Shown: positions 47,112 through 56,506, numbered from the stretch's first letter. The stretch is DNA of 64,000 nucleotides from an uncultured Alphaproteobacteria bacterium (GCA_910577205.1 CAJTMA010000006.1:4770-68769); one strand, 5' to 3'. Notes: generated from the letters alone by a model not told the origin. Made by a program: numbers and translations.

Positions 47112-48404
47112 ATGGATAAAATTAAAATCATCGGCGGCAACCGTTTGGAAGGCAAAATTTACATCAGCGGCGCAAAAAATGCCGCTTTGCCGTTAATTTG
47201 TGCCAGTTTATTAACCGACGAAACTATTACGCTGACGAATATGCCGGCATTATCCGATATTCGTTCAATGAATGCTTTGCTGGAACAAATGGGCACACAA
47301 ATTGACAGTTTTGATGATTTCTTAGACGGGCATGAAACCAAAACCTATTCCTATCGCACGCCCAAATTTACCAGTTTAATTGCGCCCTATGATTATGTCC
47401 GCAAAATGCGGGCATCCTATTATGTTTTAGGACCGGTATTGGCCAGAGAAGGCCATGCAGAGCTTTCCCTGCCGGGCGGTTGCGCCATCGGTGCGCGGCC
47501 GATGGATATCCACCTGACCTCTCTGGAGCAGATGGGAGCAAAAATCGAAATCAAAAACGGTTATGTTCACGCCGATATTAACGGCAAGCTGAAAGGCGCG
47601 CACATCACTTTTCATACGGCTTCTGTCGGCGCAACCTGCAATATTTTGATGGCCGCAACTTTGGCTGAGGGCGAAACTATTATTGAAAACGCCGCCAAAG
47701 AACCGGAAATCGCCGATTTGATTGATTTATTGATTGCCATGGGAGCGCAAATTGAAGGCAAGAACACGTCCAAACTGGTTATCCAAGGCGTGGACAAGCT
47801 TCATGGCGCAAGACATAAAGTAATCGCAGACCGTATTGAAGCCGGGTCTTATGCCATTGCCGCGGCAATTACCAACGGACGGATTGAACTGGTTAACGCG
47901 CAGGCTTCCACTTTGCGCACACCGCTGGAAATCCTGAAAGCGATGGGCGTTTCTGTTGAAGAAGGCGATAACAGCCTGACAATTGACGCAACCAACCGAA
48001 AATTAACCGGGCAAGATATTATGACCGATTATTACCCCGGATTTCCGACTGATTTGCAAGCGCAGTTTATGGCTCTTATGACTGTTTCGGAAGGCGCGTC
48101 GCTGGTGACGGAAAATATTTGGGAAAACCGCTTTATGCACGTTCCGGAATTAATGCGCATGGGGGCTAACATTAATGTACACGGCCACGCTTCGGCTATT
48201 GTTCGCGGCGTTAAGCAACTTTCCGGCGCGCCAGTCATGGCAACGGATTTACGAGCCTCATTCGCTTTAATTCTGGCCGGACTGGTTGCAGAGGGCGAAA
48301 CGATTGTTAACCGCGTTTATCATCTGGATCGTGGCTATGAAAAGCTGGATGAAAAACTGAAAGCTGTCGGTGCTAATGTTGAGCGGATTAAAGAAGCTGA
48401 ATAA
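47112..48404 (+). CDS. murA: UDP-N-acetylglucosamine 1-carboxyvinyltransferase
   Basis: 430 aa. The N-terminus MDKIKIIGGNRLEGKIYISGAKNAALPLICASLLT is the typical MurA start. The active-site Cys loop is present (PGGCAIGARPMD). Confidence 0.95.
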   Translation: MDKIKIIGGNRLEGKIYISGAKNAALPLICASLLTDETITLTNMPALSDIRSMNALLEQMGTQIDSFDDFLDGHETKTYSYRTPKFTSLIAPYDYVRKMRASYYVLGPVLAREGHAELSLPGGCAIGARPMDIHLTSLEQMGAKIEIKNGYVHADINGKLKGAHITFHTASVGATCNILMAATLAEGETIIENAAKEPEIADLIDLLIAMGAQIEGKNTSKLVIQGVDKLHGARHKVIADRIEAGSYAIAAAITNGRIELVNAQASTLRTPLEILKAMGVSVEEGDNSLTIDATNRKLTGQDIMTDYYPGFPTDLQAQFMALMTVSEGASLVTENIWENRFMHVPELMRMGANINVHGHASAIVRGVKQLSGAPVMATDLRASFALILAGLVAEGETIVNRVYHLDRGYEKLDEKLKAVGANVERIKEAE

Positions 48405-48416
48405 TATAAGCTAATC

Positions 48417-48450
48417 AAAAGCCCCTTGCCCAAGCAAGGGGCTTTTTTTC
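48417..48450 (+). terminator. murA intrinsic terminator
   Basis: AAAAGCCCCTTGC-ccaa-GCAAGGGGC followed by T7. Confidence 0.7.
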
Positions 48451-48478
48451 ATTGCAAATTAACTTTTTTCCCTTACAA
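48451..48478 (+). promoter_or_regulatory. near-consensus sigma70 promoter of the structured RNA (module copy 2)
   Basis: TTGCAA (48451-48456), a 16-nt spacer, then TACAAT (48473-48478). The same arrangement is found in copy 1. Confidence 0.6.
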
Positions 48479-48484
48479 TCATTC

Positions 48485-48648
48485 TCGCAGTCCGGAGACG
48501 GGTTGTGGGGTATGCAAACTCCTACAAGAAAAGAACGACTCCTTTTGAGGGGAGCCGGGGATATAAGGCTATGCGCGAATAACCCGGACTGTTCTTGTAC
48601 AGTTTGCAACTCCCCTGCCTTTAGACTTCTAAAGGCAGGTTTTGTTTT
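48485..48648 (+). ncRNA. candidate structured small RNA or cis-regulatory leader (module copy 2)
   Basis: It begins about 7 nt after the -10 element. The helix CAGTCCGG (~48486) pairs with CCGGACTG (~48586). Hairpins include GGGGTatgcaaACTCC and ACTGTtcttgtACAGT. The terminator is CCTGCCTTTAgacttcTAAAGGCAGG followed by TTTTGTTTT (48614-48648). The ORF-like reading 48452-48703 is not conserved at the protein level between the two copies. Confidence 0.5.
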
Positions 48649-48667
48649 AACTTATAAAACCCCTCTG

Positions 48668-48714
48668 GTCATGTTGCTAAGCAACATGACTTTCTCCCCT
48701 TAATTTAAGGGGAG
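48668..48714 (+). promoter_or_regulatory. two perfect palindromes between the RNA terminator and the XRE gene; candidate operators or mRNA hairpins
   Basis: GTCATGTTGC-taag-GCAACATGAC (48668-48690) and CTCCCCTTA-att-TAAGGGGAG (48694-48714). Both are conserved in copy 1 at 14886-14908 and 14862-14882, with only the loops differing. Confidence 0.5.
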
Positions 48715-48754
48715 ATTAAGTGGGGTTTATCTAAAAACAAAAATGGAGTTGGAA

Positions 48755-49000
48755 ATGTTAACCAAAAAACAAATCAGAAAAAATAATCAGGAAACTTTTG
48801 CCCATTTAGGGCGGCAGTTTTATGAGCGGCGGTTATCACAAAAGATGACGCTTGACGAATTGGCAATGAAAGTCAGTGTTTCGCCGCATTATTTCGATCA
48901 AGTAGAAAGCGGCAAGGCATATATCCACTGGGGAATGCTCAGTTATCTGGCTGGGTTTTACAACTGCAAAATCAAAATAGAACTGGAGGATATTGCTTAA
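48755..49000 (+). CDS. XRE-family helix-turn-helix transcriptional regulator (module copy 2)
   Basis: 81 aa from the second ATG, which has a GGAG RBS. It is near-identical to copy 1, and the HTH is MTLDELAMKVSVSPHYFDQVESG. Confidence 0.75.
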   Translation: MLTKKQIRKNNQETFAHLGRQFYERRLSQKMTLDELAMKVSVSPHYFDQVESGKAYIHWGMLSYLAGFYNCKIKIELEDIA

Positions 49001-49002
49001 AT

Positions 49003-49037
49003 AAAAAGCCCCTTGCCAAAAGCAAGGGGCTTTTTTT
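49003..49037. terminator. bidirectional intrinsic terminator
   Basis: AAAAAGCCCCTTGC-caaaa-GCAAGGGGC followed by T7. It lies between the XRE gene and the convergent ORF at 49036-49506. Confidence 0.65.
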
Positions 49038-49506
49038 AATCAGCTTTGCCTCGAAACAAAATATCCGGGTGCGTATCCATCCATTGGCAGAAATCATACC
49101 GACTGAAAGATGCTCCCGCCGTTTCATGGATACGGCGGTTTTGATTATAAGACTGCTCCAAATGTTCCAGCGTTTCGTATTCCGTTTCGCTGTAAACACG
49201 ATTCAGCTCCTGATAAATAGCCAAACGTTCTTCCGCATTAAATTGGGCAATAAATTTCTCGGCATGAGCTATTTGCTGCTCGAAACGACTGTTAAACTCG
49301 CGGGTTAAGTTATCAAGTTTATAATTTTGCGCAGCACAGTAGCGCGGATAGGCTTCAGTTTGCTGGCGGCGGAAAAGCAAAAAAGCCGTTACGTTATCAA
49401 ATTCTGACTTATCATAGGCGGTTTCTCCCTGTGGCGCTTGTTGCACGGCCAGACTGACCGCCCACCCCACAATTAAAACCAGAACAATTTGCAGATATTT
49501 TTTCAT
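49036..49506 (-). CDS. hypothetical secreted protein
   Basis: The signal peptide is MKKYLQIVLVLIVGWAVSLAVQQA. The body is helical. Confidence 0.5.
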   Translation of the reverse strand: MKKYLQIVLVLIVGWAVSLAVQQAPQGETAYDKSEFDNVTAFLLFRRQQTEAYPRYCAAQNYKLDNLTREFNSRFEQQIAHAEKFIAQFNAEERLAIYQELNRVYSETEYETLEHLEQSYNQNRRIHETAGASFSRYDFCQWMDTHPDILFRGKAD

Positions 49507-49557
49507 TTATTTCCATAAAAAAGACCCCGGATGGATACCCGGGGTATAGGTTAATAA

Positions 49558-50118
49558 TTACAGAAGACGGTTTTCGGCCAGATATTTCCAGAGCGCGCAA
49601 GCGTGCATAGACTGAATAATTTCATTATGAGCCAGAAGCTGTTTAATTTCTTCCAGAGTCAAGAGGTGGACTGTCAGGCATTCGCCGCCGTCAAGATGCT
49701 GTTTGTCATCAAGCAATTCCACATCCTCGGCAATGAAGTTATATGTCCAGTTCGCGTTGGTGCTGGGATTGGTGGACATTTTCATGTTCATCCGCCATTT
49801 GCCATTACCATAGCCGGTTTCTTCCAGAAGTTCGCGCTGGGCGGCAACCATCGGGGATGCATCTTCCGGGTCAACACAACCGCCGCAAAATTCATAGTTT
49901 GTCGTTTGCGATCCGTGGCGATATTGGCGAATCATCACAAATTTTTTGTCTTTGGTGATTGCCAGCGTATTCACCCAGTCCGGATACTCCAGAACATAAT
50001 ATTTGGGCACGACAACGCCGTTGGGCAATTCGACTTTTTCCTCGCGGACAGTCAGCCACGGCTCATTAAACAGATACTTGCTGGCTAAAACTTTAGCCTT
50101 GTCATCACAATTTTCCAT
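49558..50118 (-). CDS. NUDIX hydrolase (ADP-ribose pyrophosphatase-like)
   Basis: The Nudix box is GGCVDPEDASPMVAAQRELLEETGY. Confidence 0.8.
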   Translation of the reverse strand: MENCDDKAKVLASKYLFNEPWLTVREEKVELPNGVVVPKYYVLEYPDWVNTLAITKDKKFVMIRQYRHGSQTTNYEFCGGCVDPEDASPMVAAQRELLEETGYGNGKWRMNMKMSTNPSTNANWTYNFIAEDVELLDDKQHLDGGECLTVHLLTLEEIKQLLAHNEIIQSMHACALWKYLAENRLL

Positions 50119-50190
50119 AAGTTTACTTTTTAAATTAATAATAAAAAAACTACTGCCGTTGTAACATATTTTCCGGCAGAAGTAAACCGG

Positions 50191-50913
50191 CTATTTAATT
50201 ACCCGGGCAACCGTCAAGGTATCAACCGAAGCCGCGCCGGCCTTTAAAATGGCTAAAGCGCATTCCCGGAGGGTAGAGCCGGTTGTCATGACATCATCAA
50301 TCAGCAATACCCTTTTGCCGCACAACTTTTCCGGATGTTTGACACGAAAAGCTCCTTGAACATTTTTAATCCGTTCATGACCGGAAAATTCGACTTGAGG
50401 CTTGGTTTTACGGTGGCGAACGACGCTGTCTAAATCCACCGGAATATTGCAAAGCTTGTTTAATTCTTTTGCCAGAAGTGCTGATTGGTTATAACGGCGT
50501 TTTATCATGCGGGTATAATGCAGGGGAATCGGAATGATGACATCTGTTCCGGCGGCGAAAATATCTTTGCCGCCCAGTAAGAGCCAACGCGCCAGAAAAG
50601 GCGCATTCTCCGTCCGGTCATGAAACTTGAAGTTCAAAATCAACGGTTTGGAATATTCATCATAACAGACCGCCGCACGGTTCATGCGAAACGGCGATTT
50701 GCTATCAGCGGCACAATGTCCGCAAAGCATATCTTTTTTATGGCCGTGTTCGGGAAGCGGCAGACCGCAACGTTGGCAATACGGACGGGTAATAAAATTA
50801 ATTTGATTGAAACATTCCGGGCATAGTCCATTGGTGTCGCCAAGGATTTTACCGCATTTCAAACAGCGCGGCGGCAGAAAAATGTCGATTATTTTTTGGA
50901 AAAGCGGGTGCAT
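50191..50913 (-). CDS. comF: ComF-family phosphoribosyltransferase-domain protein
   Basis: The N-terminal double zinc ribbon (CLKCGKIL...CPEC; CQRCG...CGHC) is followed by a C-terminal PRTase motif (VLLIDDVMTTGST). Confidence 0.8.
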   Translation of the reverse strand: MHPLFQKIIDIFLPPRCLKCGKILGDTNGLCPECFNQINFITRPYCQRCGLPLPEHGHKKDMLCGHCAADSKSPFRMNRAAVCYDEYSKPLILNFKFHDRTENAPFLARWLLLGGKDIFAAGTDVIIPIPLHYTRMIKRRYNQSALLAKELNKLCNIPVDLDSVVRHRKTKPQVEFSGHERIKNVQGAFRVKHPEKLCGKRVLLIDDVMTTGSTLRECALAILKAGAASVDTLTVARVIK

Positions 50914-51045
50914 TAATTACTTCTTACTTAGCTAACAATAACAAAAAAACTTTGCCGGGATTGCGTCGTCAAACCGTTGGTTTTCCTCGCAATGACAATA
51001 AAAAAATGTCATTACGAGGCGCATCGCGACGAAGTAATCTCAGCC

Positions 51046-51336
51046 TTATCGGCAAATATCATCATAAATATCCTTCCAACCGGGATTAAACGAATTTATC
51101 AAATTAATCTTCCTTTCCCGATTTCCATTTTTCAATTGTTTTTCTCGGGAAATGGCATTTTCAATCTGTTCATAGATTTCATAATATACTAATTTAACTA
51201 AATGATAACGAGATGAAAACCCCGGTATCAATTTATGCTTATGTTCATATATCCGCCGTATTAAATTGTTAGTTACCCCAATATACAATGTTGTATTTAC
51301 TTTATTTGTCAGGATATAAACGTAATATTGTTCCAT
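51046..51336 (-). CDS. small GIY-YIG nuclease-family protein
   Basis: 96 aa. The GIY-YIG core is YYVYILTNKVNTTLYIGVTNNLIRRIYEH, followed by the conserved Arg/Glu/Asn positions (REKQLKNGNRE). Confidence 0.75.
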   Translation of the reverse strand: MEQYYVYILTNKVNTTLYIGVTNNLIRRIYEHKHKLIPGFSSRYHLVKLVYYEIYEQIENAISREKQLKNGNRERKINLINSFNPGWKDIYDDICR

Positions 51337-51338
51337 TT

Positions 51339-52214
51339 TTATTTGGGACTGAGTTTCAACAATTCGTGATGGATGGCGTTGATGTTGTCGACAACGGTCA
51401 TGCCGGAAGCTGACATTGCCTCGATTTTATCCTGCACCGTAATATGCCCGTTGGTAACAATATCTCCGGCATAGCCCATTTTGTGTCCAAAAGGCACGGC
51501 ATTGCCTGCCACAAAACCGATTACCGGCTTTTTGTGCGGCAAATTTTTATAAAACTCGGCGCAGCTCTCTTCAAAAGTGCCGCCCATTTGCCCAATCATC
51601 ACAATTGCATCTGTTTTATCATCCTCATGAAACAGTCCGAGCAAGTCCTTGAATCCCGTGCCGACAAGCATATCATCCCCAAGGCCGATAACAGTCGATT
51701 GCCCTAAACCGGCGCGGTTAATTTCCAAAACGGCTTCATAAGTCAATGTCGAAGAACGCGAGATGACACCGATACGCCCGGGAACATGGATGTTTTCAGG
51801 AAAAATTCCCAATCTGGCTTCTCCCGGGGTGATAATGCCCGGTGTATTCGGGCCGATCATCCGGGTGGCTGAGCCTTTCAGCATGGCTTTGATTTCAAGC
51901 ATATCTTTAATCGGCACGCCATCGGCAATACAAACCGTGGTTTGCAGCCCGCTTTCCACCGCCTCACGCACCGCAGATTTTACAAAACGCGCCGGCACAA
52001 ACATAACCGAAGCGTTAGCGCCCGTTTCTTTGACGGCAGCCTTCACCGTGTCAAACACCGGCACATCCAAATGTTCTGTTCCGCCTTTACCGGGCGTTAC
52101 ACCCGCGACAACCTTAGTGCCATAATCCATAGAGCGTTTGACATGGAAAGATGCCTGAGTTCCGGTTATGCCTTGAATCAAAACTTTTGTATCTTTATTT
52201 ACCAAAATAGACAT
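51339..52214 (-). CDS. sucD: succinate--CoA ligase subunit alpha
   Basis: 291 aa. The N-terminus MSILVNKDTKVLIQGITGTQASFH is the typical SucD start. The phosphohistidine loop is MGHAGA-like (KMGYAGD). Confidence 0.9.
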   Translation of the reverse strand: MSILVNKDTKVLIQGITGTQASFHVKRSMDYGTKVVAGVTPGKGGTEHLDVPVFDTVKAAVKETGANASVMFVPARFVKSAVREAVESGLQTTVCIADGVPIKDMLEIKAMLKGSATRMIGPNTPGIITPGEARLGIFPENIHVPGRIGVISRSSTLTYEAVLEINRAGLGQSTVIGLGDDMLVGTGFKDLLGLFHEDDKTDAIVMIGQMGGTFEESCAEFYKNLPHKKPVIGFVAGNAVPFGHKMGYAGDIVTNGHITVQDKIEAMSASGMTVVDNINAIHHELLKLSPK

Positions 52215-53416
52215 TAGTCGGCAGCCTCCATCGCGGCCAGAAGTTTGTCAACCGAATCTTCCATACTGTCGGCAATAATCAACGGCAGTTTGGAATGGAG
52301 CAAAATATCCTTGGCTTCATCTTTATTTGTACCTTCAAAACGCACAACCAACGGCACATTCAATCCCACCTCGGAAGCGGCGGCAACAATCCCTTCCGCC
52401 AATAAGTTACAGCGCAAGAAACCGCCCAGAACATTAATCAAAATTCCTTCTACGCGGGGATTGGTCATAATAATCTTAATGCCGGCGGCAATTTTATCTT
52501 TATCGACACCGCCTTTAACGTTTAAGAAGCAAGCTGTTCCCTCGCCTTTCTCCCGGATTAAGTCCATCGCAGCCAAAGCAATGCCGTCACCGTTAACAAT
52601 ACAGCCGATAGAGCCGTCAAATGAACTATATTGAAAGCCGTTTTTATTGGCTTTCAGCTCACGTTCTTCCGTTTCGTATTCATCCTGCAAAGGAAGAAAA
52701 TCTTTATGACGGTACAAGGCATTGTCATCAATCGACAATTTGGCATCCAGCGCAATAATGTTTCCTTTGGTATCAACCCCGGCCGGGTTAATTTCCAGCA
52801 TAGTTGCATCACAGTCCACAAAAACCTTATGCAGCCCGTTAATAAAAGTTTCCAAGCCCGTCAAGCTTTTGGGGCTAAGTTTCAAAAAGGTCATTACCTG
52901 ATGGATTTGTTCCGGTGTCGCGCCAGCGGCTAAATCTAATTGCAACCGCAGAATTTTTTCCGGAGCTTCTATGGCAAGGGTTGAAATTTCCTGCTCTTTA
53001 ATATCGGCAATCAGCAGCATAACTGCCGCATTCATACGGTCAATAACCAAGCCGGCATAAAATATCTTCCGAACCTTGGTAAAGGCTTCAACGTAGATAC
53101 GGCTTACCAGCTTGCCTTTCGGGCCGGTTTGCGGGGTGACCAATGTGCTCCCCAGCATTTGCGCCGCTTCGCGCATGATATCCCGGCGGTATTTAACCTG
53201 CCGGATGCCGCTTTTGCGCCCTGCTGATTTTTCAATAAATTTACCATGATTGCGCGCACCGGACTGAATTTGGGCTTTGAGCACCCATGGCCCGCGAAAA
53301 GATACGGCCCGCGCCGCATTTTTGGCCTCCAGAGGCGTATAGGCTATCCGGCCTTTGGGAATATTGATTCCGTATTGGCTGATAATCCGTTTGGCCTGGT
53401 ACTCATGAATATTCAT
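52214..53416 (-). CDS. sucC: succinate--CoA ligase subunit beta
   Basis: 400 aa. The N-terminus MNIHEYQAKRIISQYGI and the ATP-grasp region are present. The segment around residues 45-80 is more diverged than usual. Confidence 0.85.
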   Translation of the reverse strand: MNIHEYQAKRIISQYGINIPKGRIAYTPLEAKNAARAVSFRGPWVLKAQIQSGARNHGKFIEKSAGRKSGIRQVKYRRDIMREAAQMLGSTLVTPQTGPKGKLVSRIYVEAFTKVRKIFYAGLVIDRMNAAVMLLIADIKEQEISTLAIEAPEKILRLQLDLAAGATPEQIHQVMTFLKLSPKSLTGLETFINGLHKVFVDCDATMLEINPAGVDTKGNIIALDAKLSIDDNALYRHKDFLPLQDEYETEERELKANKNGFQYSSFDGSIGCIVNGDGIALAAMDLIREKGEGTACFLNVKGGVDKDKIAAGIKIIMTNPRVEGILINVLGGFLRCNLLAEGIVAAASEVGLNVPLVVRFEGTNKDEAKDILLHSKLPLIIADSMEDSVDKLLAAMEAAD

Positions 53417-53817
53417 TAATCACCCTGTTCGGCATAAAATTTTATCTTATTAACCATGGACATTAAACCGTTGCGGCGGCTTGGGCTTAAATTTTCCTGT
53501 AATCCGAGTTTAGCAAAAATATCTTCAATGGCAATGTTTTTAATTTCCGATGGGGATTTGTCATTATATACGGCCAGAACGACGGCGACTAATCCCCGGA
53601 CAATAATGGCGTCGCTGTCGCCGCGAAAATGTATCCGTCCATCTTTATATTCGGGCACAAGCCAAACCTGCGACTGACAGCCGGGGACTTTCCAATCCGC
53701 GGTTTTAAACTTGTCGTCCAGCCCTTCCAGGCTGCTGCCCAAATCAATGATATACCCGTAACGGTCTTCCCAACTGTCACAAAAAGAAAAATTATCAATC
53801 AGTTCTTCAATATCCAT
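53416..53817 (-). CDS. sufE: cysteine desulfuration protein SufE
   Basis: 133 aa. The conserved Cys region is VPGCQSQVWLV. Confidence 0.85.
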   Translation of the reverse strand: MDIEELIDNFSFCDSWEDRYGYIIDLGSSLEGLDDKFKTADWKVPGCQSQVWLVPEYKDGRIHFRGDSDAIIVRGLVAVVLAVYNDKSPSEIKNIAIEDIFAKLGLQENLSPSRRNGLMSMVNKIKFYAEQGD

Positions 53818-53828
53818 AAGGCTTATCC

Positions 53829-54254
53829 TTAAAATAATTCCATCATCGCGCGGGCATCTTCGCTCAGGCGTTCCATCGACCAGGCCGGCTCCCAGACAAT
53901 TTTGACCGTGACGATGCCTGTCCCCTCAACCAGCGCGACAGCATCCGCCGCCTGCTGCGGCAAAATCCCGGCAACAGGGCAGCCCGGCGCAGTCAAGGTC
54001 ATATCAATATCAATATTGCCGTTATCGGCAATGCGGATGTCATACACCAGCCCCATATCCCAGATGTTTATCATTATTTCCGGATCACAGACGGTTTTTA
54101 AAGCTTCAATCACATCCTCTCGCGAAGCTGTCTTTTCATCTGACGGCTTGGATTGTCCGGCTGTCGCCATATATTCTTTCTTCTCTGCCGTTGACAGTGT
54201 CATAGCGTTTAACAAATCGGCTTCGTGGGGATTATCGTGATTTTCATCTGTCAT
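53829..54254 (-). CDS. DUF59 (MIP18/SufT-like) Fe-S assembly protein
   Basis: The conserved region is ...VCDPEIMINIWDMGLVYDI...TLTAPGCP.... Confidence 0.75.
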   Translation of the reverse strand: MTDENHDNPHEADLLNAMTLSTAEKKEYMATAGQSKPSDEKTASREDVIEALKTVCDPEIMINIWDMGLVYDIRIADNGNIDIDMTLTAPGCPVAGILPQQAADAVALVEGTGIVTVKIVWEPAWSMERLSEDARAMMELF

Positions 54255-54264
54255 TGTTACTTCC

Positions 54265-55155
54265 TTAATGCGTGTGGCCGGTTAAAAATATCAGGCCGAC
54301 AATAGATATCAGCAGCAGAAGAATAAACTGCGGTTTGATTTTAACGTAATCCTGCCGATGATTAAAGCGGTTGAACAATAATATCCACACCGGGTAAGCA
54401 TGGACAATAGCGGCAACATAAGCCGGATTGGGCGTGAGATACATTGCATAGGTTTTCAAAACCCCGTGGATTATGGCAAACAGCATAAAAAACCACGCAA
54501 AATGAAGATTTTTCCGGTCAAATACTTCAAGCAGCTTATGCCCGCGGCGCAGGTGAACCGCCAGATTGACGCTGCCCGCCACCAAAGAGGTGATAAACGT
54601 ATAGTAATAAATGGCGGAAACCAGATTTTCTGCCCCTAAATGGGTGGTTTCCTTATTCGTGACATCAATAAAGATTTCGCAAAACATTCCGAGAGCCAGA
54701 AAGCTCAAGGCCTTACGACTGGCTTTGGCCTGCAGAATAAAAATCAGGGCTACAGTTGTGCCCAGCAGGCAAGCCAAGACTAATCCTAAATGCAGCGGGC
54801 TGTTAACAAATACGGCGATTTCTGCCGGATGGAGCAGAATCCAGAAAACAAAAATAAACGCGATGCTTAACGGGTGAATCAAGCTGGTAACTTGCGCGCC
54901 AAAGGTTTTAGCGCCGTTCAAAATACGGTTATCTCCCAGAGAAATAACCAATCCCTGCGCAATACAAAGCCCGTAAAAGCTCCAATTATGTATCGGCGAA
55001 AAGATAAAAACAAACGGCAGTAAGACCGCGGCCGTTCCCAACCCGCGGTATACCATTAATAAAGAGCCTTTTATCTTAATAAACTGGTTCACATAAACAT
55101 AAGCCGAAGTCAGCAGGCTTACGCCGATTGCCAATAACCACCAGTAATTCTGCAT
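54265..55155 (-). CDS. DMT/EamA-like 10-TM membrane protein embedded in the suf cluster
   Basis: 296 aa with ten hydrophobic helices. Confidence 0.55.
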   Translation of the reverse strand: MQNYWWLLAIGVSLLTSAYVYVNQFIKIKGSLLMVYRGLGTAAVLLPFVFIFSPIHNWSFYGLCIAQGLVISLGDNRILNGAKTFGAQVTSLIHPLSIAFIFVFWILLHPAEIAVFVNSPLHLGLVLACLLGTTVALIFILQAKASRKALSFLALGMFCEIFIDVTNKETTHLGAENLVSAIYYYTFITSLVAGSVNLAVHLRRGHKLLEVFDRKNLHFAWFFMLFAIIHGVLKTYAMYLTPNPAYVAAIVHAYPVWILLFNRFNHRQDYVKIKPQFILLLLISIVGLIFLTGHTH

Positions 55156-55210
55156 GCGTTTTTCCTTTACATCTCATGCAGTTATAAGCTTTTACAAACA
55201 GTTGTCAAGT

Positions 55211-56434
55211 TTAGAGGAGCATTTTTTGAGCCTTGCGGATAGCCGGAAGCAAGGCATCAATGTCTTCCTTAGTTGTATACAGCCCGAAAGAAGCCCGGGC
55301 AACGCTTTCGTAGCCCATCCGGTGCACCAGAGGCTCAGCACAGTGATGGCCGACACGGACGGCAATCCCTTCTTTATCCAGCACAAAAGCCAAATCCTGC
55401 GGGTGGATGCCATCAACCACAAATGAGAACACGCCGCCTTTTTCCTTAGCTGTTCCAACCAGTGTCAAACCGGGTACATTTTCCCATTGTTGCCGCGCAT
55501 AAGCTGTCAGGTCATCTTCATGCTGTTTGATATTATCCATACCGAGGTGCTTCATATAGCGCAAAGCCTCGCCTAAGCCTATTGCTTGCACGCAAGCAGG
55601 CGTGCCGGCTTCAAATCTTGCCGGCGGCGGCATAAAGGTTGTCTGGTCATAAGTCACAACATCAACCATATCGCCTCCGGTTTGGTACGGCGGCATCGAA
55701 TCGAGCAGGTCAAACTTGCCGTAAAGGATGCCTATTCCGGTCGGGCCATAAGTTTTATGCCCGGAGAAAGCCAGAAAATCACAATCCAAATCCTGAACAT
55801 CAACCGGCTGGTGGACAATATACTGGCAGGCATCGACCAAGAACAGAGTGCCATTTCGATGGGCGGCTGCGGCCATCTGCTTAACCGGAAAAACCGTTCC
55901 CAAAACATTTGACATTCCGGTAACCGCAACCAATTTGGTGCGCGGTGTCAATGCTTTCAAAAATTCTTCTTCAAGATAGCTGCCGTCATCCGCTATCGGG
56001 AATATCTTCAACGAAAAACCGATTTCATCACGCAGCATTTGCCACGGCACAAGGTTGGCATGGTGTTCGGCTTGAGAAATCAAAACTTCATCCCCGGGTT
56101 TTAAAAATTTACGCCCCCAGGTCGCGGCCACCAGATTGATGGATTCCGTCGCATTCCGGGTAAAAATAATTTCATCGGCAGAATTTGCGTTAATAAAATC
56201 GCGGACAATTTCCCGCGCTTCTTCATAAGCTGCAGTTATCTCCTCCGACAGGCGGTATATGCCGCGATGGACATTGGCATAACTCCGGCAGTAAATATCA
56301 TTCAGGCGATTGATAACGGCATAAGGTTTTTGCGCTGAGGCTGCCGAATCCAAAAAGATATTCGGTTTGCCATTGATTTTCTCTGACAAGACCGGAAAAT
56401 CTTTGCGTATTTCATAAACATCATACATTTTCAA
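55211..56434 (-). CDS. sufS: cysteine desulfurase SufS
   Basis: 407 aa. It is a class V aminotransferase with the PLP Lys in FSGHKTYGPTGIGILYG and the active Cys in RVGHHCAEP. Confidence 0.9.
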   Translation of the reverse strand: MKMYDVYEIRKDFPVLSEKINGKPNIFLDSAASAQKPYAVINRLNDIYCRSYANVHRGIYRLSEEITAAYEEAREIVRDFINANSADEIIFTRNATESINLVAATWGRKFLKPGDEVLISQAEHHANLVPWQMLRDEIGFSLKIFPIADDGSYLEEEFLKALTPRTKLVAVTGMSNVLGTVFPVKQMAAAAHRNGTLFLVDACQYIVHQPVDVQDLDCDFLAFSGHKTYGPTGIGILYGKFDLLDSMPPYQTGGDMVDVVTYDQTTFMPPPARFEAGTPACVQAIGLGEALRYMKHLGMDNIKQHEDDLTAYARQQWENVPGLTLVGTAKEKGGVFSFVVDGIHPQDLAFVLDKEGIAVRVGHHCAEPLVHRMGYESVARASFGLYTTKEDIDALLPAIRKAQKMLL

Positions 56435-56506
56435 ACGCTTTCATTTTGTTGCGGATTTTTATTTATATATAAGGCCGCTCTCTGCCGCTTCAACTTAATA
56501 TTTTTG

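Noticed and set aside
48485-48648. A permuted tmRNA piece, or a retron msr/msd, as explanations for the RNA.
   Set aside because: There is no tRNA-like acceptor or T-arm, and no tag ORF ending in hydrophobic xAA. The flanking inverted repeat resembles the retron a1/a2 pair, but no reverse transcriptase gene is adjacent and only an 81-aa HTH protein follows.
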